Assembly (NCBI GenBank): GCA_963845995.1
Contig: CAWJUO010000028.1
Location: forward strand, 46,405-110,404
Direction: 5' to 3'
Length of the DNA stretch: 64,000 nucleotides
From: an uncultured Acidobacteriaceae bacterium
Lineage (GTDB): Bacteria; Acidobacteriota; Terriglobia; Bryobacterales; Bryobacteraceae
Both the position numbers and the translations under genes were made by a program. Of this stretch, positions 8,675 through 15,972 are shown piece by piece; within the stretch, counting starts at the first letter, position 1; the number at the start of each line of letters is the position of its first letter. Under the pieces are notes generated by a model. That model was not told where the DNA came from. It worked only from the letters and a program-made list of their open reading frames with translations, and ran no database searches.

Positions 8675-9178
8675 TTGCGAAAACCCGATTTCTCCAAGCT
8701 TCGGGGGCAAAGCGGCGCGGACCTGCGGTTGCTCGTCGAAGCGTTCTTCTGGCTGGCTCTGGCTCGCTTCGCCCTACTGGTTATGCCCTTCCGCTGGACT
8801 GCAACTCTACTGGCTCTTCAGCCCGGCGACGGCACCGTCCGGGAGTATCCTTTCCGCGGTCTGCATACAGAAGCTTTTGTGCGCCGTGCAAGCCGGGCTT
8901 TAACGCTTGCCGCTGCCCGCACTCCCTGGAAAAGCAACTGCGCCGCGAAAGCTGTAGCGGGTGCCGGAATGCTGCGCTGTCGGAAGATCCCCGCCACCGT
9001 GGCGCTCGGTGTAAATACCCCGCTGCGCCCGGTGGCAGCGCACGCATGGTTGTCGGCCGGCGGAATCGTCGTCACGGGAGCGCCAGTGCATAAGAAGTAC
9101 CGCGTCATTGCAACATTCGCTTACAACCCAAAGTGTCCCGGCTCGTCGAAATGTACCACTACTCAGCCTTTTCTCTAA
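8675..9178 (+). CDS. Lasso-peptide B2-type transglutaminase-fold cysteine peptidase
   Basis: 'LLVEAFFWLALARFALLVMPF' N-terminal helix, 'PWKSNCAAKAVAGAGMLRCRKIPATVALGV' (catalytic Cys context) and 'AAHAWLSAGGIVVTG' (His context). TTG start. The 3' end overlaps the kinase gene. Confidence 0.75.
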   Translation: MRKPDFSKLRGQSGADLRLLVEAFFWLALARFALLVMPFRWTATLLALQPGDGTVREYPFRGLHTEAFVRRASRALTLAAARTPWKSNCAAKAVAGAGMLRCRKIPATVALGVNTPLRPVAAHAWLSAGGIVVTGAPVHKKYRVIATFAYNPKCPGSSKCTTTQPFL

Positions 9179-10020
9179 ACATCGATTCTGAGGTGGAGTT
9201 GCCCGAACTTCCGCGCGGCTCTGGCGTTCCGGACGTGGCAATCCGCCTCGGCACGGTAAGCAGAACCGAAACGCCGGCCCGGATTGACGAAGAAAGAGCC
9301 TTTCCGCGGAATGTCGGAGGATTCCACATCAGGGGCGGCCGCGAGATCGTCGTCGATCTGCTTCCCCACGCTGAAATGGGAGTCGTGCGAACCCTGCTCG
9401 CGGGCAGGTTTATGGGCTATCTCCTGCGCCAGCGCGGCTGCCTGCCTCTTCATGCGAGCGCTGTCGCCATAAACGGACAAGCTGTGCTCTTCCTTGGCGA
9501 AAGCGGAGCGGGAAAATCGACTACCGCGGCCGCCTTTTATCGCCGCGGCCACAAAGTGCTGGCGGACGATGTTGCGGCCGTGCGTCCAGCGAACTCCGGC
9601 CTGGAGTTACAGCCCGCATGGCCTGGGCTTCGTCTCCTGCAAAATAGCCTCGATGCAATCGGCGCAGAAACCCCGCCTTCGGATTTCTGTGACGAAAAGC
9701 ACGTGTACCGATTGAAAAGCCCCGTCCTGGCCGGGCCGTTACCCGTGAAAAGGATGTACTTTCTGGATTATCACCCTTCCGGCGGCTCGTTAGCCGTCCG
9801 TTCCTCGGCCCTCTCCGGACTGTCTGTTGTCGCGCTTCTAAATGCCCACTCGCTGCTCAGAAGTTGGCGCGCGGATCATGCGCTTCGGCAAATAAATCTG
9901 GATCGCGCAGCCGCGGTGGGAACCGCTGGCCACGTCCGCCGGCTAACCCGGGCCCGGTCTTTGGATCTCTTGCCCCGCCTGGTTGATTTTGTCGAAGCGG
10001 ATGTGATGGCCGATGACTGA
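9151..10020 (+). CDS. HPr-kinase-related serine kinase (HprK-related kinase A / lasso precursor kinase type)
   Basis: 'MYHYSAFSLNIDSEVELPELP' N-terminus and 'LHASAVAINGQAVLFLGESGAGKSTTAAAF' P-loop, as in the HPrK C-terminal domain. The ORF track start at 9133 is an upstream GTG. Confidence 0.8.
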   Translation: MYHYSAFSLNIDSEVELPELPRGSGVPDVAIRLGTVSRTETPARIDEERAFPRNVGGFHIRGGREIVVDLLPHAEMGVVRTLLAGRFMGYLLRQRGCLPLHASAVAINGQAVLFLGESGAGKSTTAAAFYRRGHKVLADDVAAVRPANSGLELQPAWPGLRLLQNSLDAIGAETPPSDFCDEKHVYRLKSPVLAGPLPVKRMYFLDYHPSGGSLAVRSSALSGLSVVALLNAHSLLRSWRADHALRQINLDRAAAVGTAGHVRRLTRARSLDLLPRLVDFVEADVMADD

Positions 10021-11149
10021 ATGCCTGTCCCGGCTGTTGGCTCCTATGAGCACAGACTTGTTCCTGAAGCACTACCAGGCAAGAGAACATTTCTACGTCG
10101 CCAGATCGTGTCCTGGTTACTACGCCGATTTGCTCAGCGTCGGTGATATCGACACGGTTCTGCAATCCAGCCAATTGCCGGCTGCCGTGCTCAATGTAGT
10201 GAAAGGTGGCGTGCGATGTCCGCTCGAAGATTGGTCCCGTTTCGTATCCTCTTCGAGGGGTCCGCTTCAGATCGCCGTTCCAGAGAAGCTTCTAAGCTTG
10301 TATGCCGATGGCGCCACTCTTATCCTGAATCAGGCCCATGCAGTGCTGCCGGCGCTCACCGAAACCACCCGGATGTTAACGCTGGAGCTAGGCTTCCCGA
10401 CGCAGACGAACATCTATATAACGCCCCGTGATTCGACTGGCTTCAGCAAGCATTCAGACGAGCACGACGTGCTGATCCTGCAGATAGCCGGCAGCAAATC
10501 TTGGAGAGTATACCCGGCCGATACCAGCCAAGCTGAATTCGACCTGAAATCCGGAGAGCTTCTGTATATTCCGCGCGGAATGTTTCACGATGCCCGATCG
10601 CGCGATGAAGACTCGATCCATATCACGCTCGGTTTAAGGCCGCCATACGGTTTTGAACTGATCCGGGACCTTGCCGCTCTGGCAGCTGAACGCGTAAGTT
10701 TTCAGAGGCCTGCACCACCACGTTTCGCGGGCGCTGAAGCGATGGCGCTATTCGAGGCCGATCTACTGGCGGACTTACAGGCCTTCGTCGGCGAACTAAG
10801 GCCCTCGAACCTCACCATCCTCCGCCAGGGCTTGCTGACACAGCAGGCTGAGACTTGGCCCGGCCGGTTCGCCGACCTTCGCGTTCTTAGCCGGATGACT
10901 CCGGATACCGTCGTGTGCCGGCGTCCCGAAATTCCGGCTGCGATCAAAGAGGACGGAAAGTTTCTGCACGTTGCCTTCGGCGGTAGACAAGTGACGATAC
11001 CAATTTTCATGCGTGAGCAGCTTGCGCGAATTTTCGGAGACGGAGATTTCGCGATCCGCGAAATTGAGGGAATGATCACCAGTTCGGGCAAGATAAAACT
11101 CGTTGCGGAATTCGTGAGAGCCGGCTTCCATCGGATCGTCAAAATCTGA
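10013..11149 (+). CDS. JmjC/cupin-4 family Fe(II)/2-oxoglutarate-dependent oxygenase
   Basis: 378 aa. 'GFSKHSDEHDVLILQIAGSKSWRVY' (HxD facial-triad context) and 'LYIPRGMFHDARS...SIHITLG' (distal His). Overlaps the kinase stop by 8 nt. Confidence 0.75.
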   Translation: MTECLSRLLAPMSTDLFLKHYQAREHFYVARSCPGYYADLLSVGDIDTVLQSSQLPAAVLNVVKGGVRCPLEDWSRFVSSSRGPLQIAVPEKLLSLYADGATLILNQAHAVLPALTETTRMLTLELGFPTQTNIYITPRDSTGFSKHSDEHDVLILQIAGSKSWRVYPADTSQAEFDLKSGELLYIPRGMFHDARSRDEDSIHITLGLRPPYGFELIRDLAALAAERVSFQRPAPPRFAGAEAMALFEADLLADLQAFVGELRPSNLTILRQGLLTQQAETWPGRFADLRVLSRMTPDTVVCRRPEIPAAIKEDGKFLHVAFGGRQVTIPIFMREQLARIFGDGDFAIREIEGMITSSGKIKLVAEFVRAGFHRIVKI

Positions 11150-12119
11150 TTTTCCGTGAGCTCAACTCTGAGTACAGCGCCAGAAGTTCAGGCTGCACCG
11201 CGGGTTCAGAATCGATCGGCGCAGCAGGATGGGATGAGCGGAGGTGATTCGACTTTGCGTCCCACCGGAACTCGGCCCGCATCAACTCCAAATCACCGGG
11301 GGATGGATCAAGCTGGAAAAAATCCAGAATAGCCGGCAGCTTCTGTGGGGTCAAATCCTCGTAATCCAGACATTTCAAACTCTCGCCGGCGCGGAGGGCC
11401 TGCTGGAAGAAGTCGGCGATTGCCCTTTCAGCCGAATGCCAGATTGTCCCAATACCGGTATCCCTACCCATCCATCCCGGCATGGCGCGCCGGTAGGATG
11501 CGAGGATCTCCGCCGGGCGCCGGAAGAGGAACAAAGCGGGAACCTCCGGAAAGGCGGTCCGGACAATTTCAAACTGCGCAATAGTGAACGAAGTGAACTT
11601 CACAATGTGTGCCCGGTACGATTGCAGACGCGGTCTGCCGGTGTGTAAAAGCAGGTTCCGAAAAAGCGTCACCGCCGGATCGCACCCGGCCGCGATGACG
11701 GGCCAGATGTCGTTATGGGGACCACCTTCGCCAAACACCATATGCTCTTGGGAACAGGCAATTACTTTCGCGAGCAGCGTCGATCCGCAACGGCCCGCAT
11801 GGAATATGAAGCCCGTGGGACCCAGGCAGTCGGAGGCGTCGGGGGCTGAGCGCAGAAAATCAAGAGAGGAAATACATCGCCACGGTTCCGACGGTCTGGG
11901 CGCACCTGCCCGGAGCGCCGCATAAGTGGCAAGCGAGCGGCGGAAAGAACCGTCGTGGCAGTGGTACTGGTTCAGGTCCAGCCACAAAGCGGTGCGCTGA
12001 AATGCGTCGAGTTCAATGGGAATAAGGCCGCCCCTCGCCGAATGTTCGGCTCGAAATTGGTCTTCGGTTAGTCTCAAGTTCCTTTCGGGGTACTTCGTCA
12101 TAATCATCGCTCTCCCCAT
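11139..12119 (-). CDS. Sulfotransferase-family protein
   Basis: 'GFIFHAGRCGSTLLAKV' resembles the PAPS 5'-phosphosulfate-binding loop (PxxGSTxL). The size and position match sulfotransferases seen in kinase-type lasso clusters. Converges on and overlaps the JmjC gene by 11 nt. Confidence 0.6.
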   Translation of the reverse strand: MGRAMIMTKYPERNLRLTEDQFRAEHSARGGLIPIELDAFQRTALWLDLNQYHCHDGSFRRSLATYAALRAGAPRPSEPWRCISSLDFLRSAPDASDCLGPTGFIFHAGRCGSTLLAKVIACSQEHMVFGEGGPHNDIWPVIAAGCDPAVTLFRNLLLHTGRPRLQSYRAHIVKFTSFTIAQFEIVRTAFPEVPALFLFRRPAEILASYRRAMPGWMGRDTGIGTIWHSAERAIADFFQQALRAGESLKCLDYEDLTPQKLPAILDFFQLDPSPGDLELMRAEFRWDAKSNHLRSSHPAAPIDSEPAVQPELLALYSELSSRKIRF

Positions 12120-13384
12120 AAAACGTGACGGTTGAATAAGCCGGCCGCACGCGCAACCGGCATGCCGAGCAGCAGGACCGGATGACGGTACAGAGCCTGG
12201 TTATCTTCAAACAGCCAGAAGCTCAACCGATAAGCAAGCCGGTTCAACAACGAATATCTGGTCTCGAAGTTTGCCAGATACCGGAGCTGCGCCCATCCCT
12301 CGCTGACGGATCGTTTACGGCAGATATCAGGCGCGCTCATCTCGGCCACCGCATACTCCGCCAGAGCGCCAGCCTGCGGCTCTTTCTTCACGAGCCGGGC
12401 AGCGTGCTCGTCAGGTTCCATACCGAACAGAAGTTGCAGCAGGAGAATCGTCTGAGCCGATGCCAGTTCCAGCCCCAAGACGGCGGAAGTTGCTTCAGAA
12501 GCATGCCAGAACTCAGGCTGGCGGTCGACGATCGCCGCCAGATCGCCCAGCCACTTCAACCGGCTCCAGCCATGGATTGCGCCATGCAGGCACAGGTGCA
12601 GGCTGTCGGCATGTGTCAGTCCCGATCGCTCCTCAGCCCAATACGACCACCACTTTGCATCCAGATCCCTGCTGCGCGCCTGTTCGATTCGCCAGTGCAG
12701 TTCAAGACTGACTTTCTTCTCCTCGTGAAAGAAATGCAGATGCCGAAGACGGAGTTCGGTAAAGCGTCGATACATTCCGCCTCTCAGCCACATGTCCGCA
12801 TTCCGAGGCTGCCAGCCGCCCGCCCGCAGAACATCTACTGCGGAAGCAATCTGCTCCGGCTTTATCGCCAGATCCAGGTCCTTACTGTGGCGCAAAGACA
12901 CATCCCCATAAATCCTTTGCGAGAGCATGGGACCCTTGAAAAAGTGATACGCGATTCCGGCACTGGACAGCGCTGAGGAAATCCCCATCAATGCGGAGAC
13001 TAGCCGAAGATTCATCAGCCGTACCTCGCGAGCGCGGCGTTGCAGCGGAGCCTCGAAATCGCCCAGAACATGCTGCATGCCGTGTTCACGCAGAACACGT
13101 TCCGCCAATGCAAAAATGCGATGCCGCTGAATACCCGTCCACAGGCCTTCCGGACTCTGCCCCGCTCGCAATGCCGCTTCGAGTTGACGTTTTTGCCGGG
13201 TAAACCCGTCCGGACCTGCCGGAATGTAGGAACACGCGGCAAGGAAGCGCAACCTCGGATCGATCGTCATCGGCTTTTTGATCGTGTATCTCGCTTCTGC
13301 ATTCGCTTCTTTAGGAGAGTGCCGCAATCGGGCAAACATTCTAAAGATTTCCCGGCGAGCAGATCCGCTCGTTCTGGCGATCAT
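12104..13384 (-). CDS. Nucleotidyltransferase family protein (NTP_transf_5-like)
   Basis: 'FFKGPMLSQRIYGDVSLRHSKDLDLAIKPEQIASAVDVLRAGGW' is a G-x-motif plus DxD of the uncharacterised nucleotidyltransferase family. Overlaps the sulfotransferase start by 16 nt. The true start may be an internal Met. Confidence 0.7.
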   Translation of the reverse strand: MIARTSGSARREIFRMFARLRHSPKEANAEARYTIKKPMTIDPRLRFLAACSYIPAGPDGFTRQKRQLEAALRAGQSPEGLWTGIQRHRIFALAERVLREHGMQHVLGDFEAPLQRRAREVRLMNLRLVSALMGISSALSSAGIAYHFFKGPMLSQRIYGDVSLRHSKDLDLAIKPEQIASAVDVLRAGGWQPRNADMWLRGGMYRRFTELRLRHLHFFHEEKKVSLELHWRIEQARSRDLDAKWWSYWAEERSGLTHADSLHLCLHGAIHGWSRLKWLGDLAAIVDRQPEFWHASEATSAVLGLELASAQTILLLQLLFGMEPDEHAARLVKKEPQAGALAEYAVAEMSAPDICRKRSVSEGWAQLRYLANFETRYSLLNRLAYRLSFWLFEDNQALYRHPVLLLGMPVARAAGLFNRHVLWGER

Positions 13385-13484
13385 GGGCTTATCGGAAACC
13401 GGCTAAAACTGTGCCTGCTCTCGGCTGTGCTCGTCCCCCCGCCGAAATCTGCAAAAACGCTAGGATGAGAGGAGGGCTGTCGCA

Positions 13485-13751
13485 ATGACTTCAACTCTTG
13501 ATTGGTCCCAATGTCCTGCCGTGGAGAGCATCCCTGGCAAAGTCAGCGGCGCATGGGTGTTTAAAGATACCCGCATGCCGGTTGCTACCGTGTTCGAGAA
13601 TTTGGAAGCTGGCTTGACCGTGGAAGAGGTCATGGAAGAATTCTCCGTTACACGCGAACAAATCAACGCTGTGTTGCATTTCGCCGCTCGGAGCTTGGGA
13701 ACGCCCATCCCGCCCCCGGCGCATGCTGCCGCCGATGCTCATTCTCTTTGA
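13485..13751 (+). CDS. DUF433 domain protein (antitoxin-like)
   Basis: 'IPGKVSGAWVFKDTRMPVATVFENLEAGLTVEEVMEEF' is the typical DUF433 core. Strong SD GAGGAGGG upstream. Confidence 0.8.
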   Translation: MTSTLDWSQCPAVESIPGKVSGAWVFKDTRMPVATVFENLEAGLTVEEVMEEFSVTREQINAVLHFAARSLGTPIPPPAHAAADAHSL

Positions 13752-14060
13752 CCACGGCACACCCCGCAGCATTGCCCGCTGGCTTCAGGGTCACAACGTT
13801 GTGGAAGCGATAGCAAGAGGCTGGGTCAGATTAAGAAACGGCGCATTGCTGAAGGCTGCAGAGGAAGCCGGGTTTGATCTTTTACTATCGACCGATAAAA
13901 ACATCCAGTATCAGCAAAACCTCAAAGGCGTCGTATTGCCATCGTGATACTTGGCAACCCGCAACGGCCAGCAGTGCACCGTTACATTGATAGAGTTGTC
14001 GCAGCAGTGAACGCGGCAACACCCGGCAGTTTTGCTGAAGTGGAAATTCCTTATGAATAG
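13735..14060 (+). CDS. DUF5615 (PIN-like) protein, one-base frameshift
   Basis: 'MLILFDHGTPRSIARWL...LLLSTDKNIQYQQNLKG' then, after a missing base at GG 13927-13928, 'RRIAIVILGNPQRPAVHRYIDRVVAAVNAATPGSFAEVEIPYE*'. Overlaps the DUF433 stop. Confidence 0.7.
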
Positions 14061-14125
14061 TCCGTGCGTCTTGGGCTGGGACGGTATCGGCCGCAGCGCC
14101 CTCGAAGTGTCAATTTACCGCTCCG

Positions 14126-14339
14126 ATGCCGCCATACGCAATCGGATTCGAGAACTCCGGCTCTCCGCGAGATGACCCAACAGGAACTCGCCGAATCGGG
14201 TCGGCGTCACCCGGCAGACGGTCTAGCCATCGAACAAGACAAGTATTCGCCTTCCCTCGAGACTGCGTTCAAAGTCGCAATCGTGCTGGGTTGGCCCCTT
14301 CGCCAGTGTTTCCAGTACGACCCTCGCGGTAAGCGCTGA
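14126..14339 (+). pseudogene. Decayed duplicate of the XRE regulator gene at 7444-7659
   Basis: Same ATG context and C-terminus ('AIEQDKYSPSLETAFKVAIVLGWPLRQCFQYDPRGKR'), but several indels break the frame in the HTH region. Confidence 0.8.
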
Positions 14340-14521
14340 AAAAACGAACCCAACCGAATTCGTTTGGCAAAATCAACTCGGGGGTGGCATGGACGCTCTT
14401 GCCGTCTGCGTCTGCCATGGCGATGACAAATTTCAAAAAACCTCGATCTCCCCCAGATCCAAACACTTACACCTTTTCCCGCCGCCCCCCGCGAACGCCG
14501 CTAATTCATACTCGCGGACAA

Positions 14522-15058
14522 ATGAGCAATACTCCACCGCGAAAACCCGGCCCCAACACAATTGCTGGAAAAGCGAATTCCAGCAAAAATTCCACTAAAC
14601 ACAGTTTGCGAAGCAACCCGGATAACCTCCTTCCCGGCGAAACAGAAGAAGACTACAACGCCATCTGGGACATCTGGGCCGCCGAATACGATTCCGCCAG
14701 CCCCGCCACCGAGCGTCTGATCGAATTCATAGTGAACGACGACCGTCTCGTACGCTTCTCCGTAGCCGCCGTCATCAACGCGCAAATCGCTCTCGCCAAA
14801 GCCGAAATGTTAGGCGATCAAACCCAAATCGAGCTGCTACATAAGGATCTGCAGAACAAATTCCGCTACAAAACAAGCTTTGAGCGTTCTTTCCAGCGGT
14901 CCCTCCGCAACATCGAGCAGTTCGGCCAGCGCCGCGTCCGCGAAGCACAAGCCGCTCTGCGCCTGGTTATCCTTGAAAATAAAGCCGCTTGCCTCGTGGC
15001 AGCTCACACTTCACAAAAACGGCCTCGACTACAAAACAGTTCTCCCCTTGTCAACTGA
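14522..15058 (+). CDS. Hypothetical protein (conserved N-terminal 'GKANSSKNSTKHSL' motif family)
   Basis: ATG 14522. 'RKPGPNTIAGKANSSKNSTKHSLRS' resembles a widespread uncharacterised family, followed by a helical region. The ORF track start at 14384 lies inside the duplicated intergenic sequence. Confidence 0.55.
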   Translation: MSNTPPRKPGPNTIAGKANSSKNSTKHSLRSNPDNLLPGETEEDYNAIWDIWAAEYDSASPATERLIEFIVNDDRLVRFSVAAVINAQIALAKAEMLGDQTQIELLHKDLQNKFRYKTSFERSFQRSLRNIEQFGQRRVREAQAALRLVILENKAACLVAAHTSQKRPRLQNSSPLVN

Positions 15059-15153
15059 ATTCGTCCCCGAAACAGCGGAAACCGACGAAACGCCGCCCAG
15101 CAGAACCGCGCGCGTAAGCAAGCGGCTACCGCGCCAGTGATAAGCTATCTCGC

Positions 15154-15972
15154 GTGCGGCGCTTGCTGGATGCTCTGAAGAATGAGCGCTCGGAAGTTTC
15201 ACTGGATATCGCGTCTCTTGAGCTAGCCAGTATCGAATTTCCCCGGTTGGACTTTGAAGCGTCCCTATTCCGGCTCCAAAACATAGCGGAGCAGATTAAG
15301 TCTCAGCTGACGGAAGACGCGACGCCCCTCGAGTTCATCAAGGGTCTTAATGAATTGCTGTTCGACACCTTGCAGTTTCGCGGCAATGACGAAGACTATT
15401 ACGATCCGCGGAATAGCTGTCTGAACTCTGTATTAAGCCGTCGCGTCGGAATTCCGATCACGCTTTCAGTAATCTACATAGAGGTTGCCCGGAGGCTCGG
15501 TCGTCCCGTATATGGTGTCGGCCTTCCCGGCCACTTCATCGTCGCTTACGACGATGGCAACTCGTGTTACTGGATAGACCCGTTCCATGCCGGGCGGCTG
15601 CTGTCCTTTGCCGATTGCGCCGCGCTTGCAAAGGAAACGTCGGGAGTCGATCTGCGCGCGAATCCCGCCGTCCTCGCGCCTGTCCATAAACGGCAGATTC
15701 TCGTCCGGATGTTGAGCAACTTGAAAGCGATCTACTTGCGCGGTCAAGCTTTCGATAAAGCGCGCCAGGTGCTTGACTTGCTCATTGAAGCCATGCCCGA
15801 GTACGCGGAGGAGTACCGGCATCGTGGCTTGATTCACCTTCGGCAGATGAATCATCGCGCGGCCAAATCGGATTTGGAGGCTTATCTAAGATTGGAGCCG
15901 AACGCGCCTGAGCGCGAACAGGTGCAGAAACAACTTCTGCTGATTGAGCGTTGGAAGGCCGGACTTAACTGA
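15154..15972 (+). CDS. SirB1-like transglutaminase-fold + TPR protein
   Basis: 'NSCLNSVLSRRVGIPITLSVIYIEVARRLGRPVYGVGLPGHFIV' followed by a TPR-like C-terminus 'EYRHRGLIHLRQMNHRAAKSDLEAYLRLEPNA'. Confidence 0.8.
   Translation: MRRLLDALKNERSEVSLDIASLELASIEFPRLDFEASLFRLQNIAEQIKSQLTEDATPLEFIKGLNELLFDTLQFRGNDEDYYDPRNSCLNSVLSRRVGIPITLSVIYIEVARRLGRPVYGVGLPGHFIVAYDDGNSCYWIDPFHAGRLLSFADCAALAKETSGVDLRANPAVLAPVHKRQILVRMLSNLKAIYLRGQAFDKARQVLDLLIEAMPEYAEEYRHRGLIHLRQMNHRAAKSDLEAYLRLEPNAPEREQVQKQLLLIERWKAGLN

Larger units (their letters stand above)
14119..15778 (+). repeat. Right copy of the direct duplication: decayed XRE gene plus the intact downstream genes
   Basis: See the left copy (7436-8089). Homology starts a few nt before the XRE ATG in both copies. 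Confidence 0.85.

Noticed and set aside
12182-12976. 264-aa ORF on the plus strand
   Set aside because: It is antisense to the nucleotidyltransferase gene, which has clear family motifs. This is a typical long shadow ORF in GC-rich DNA.
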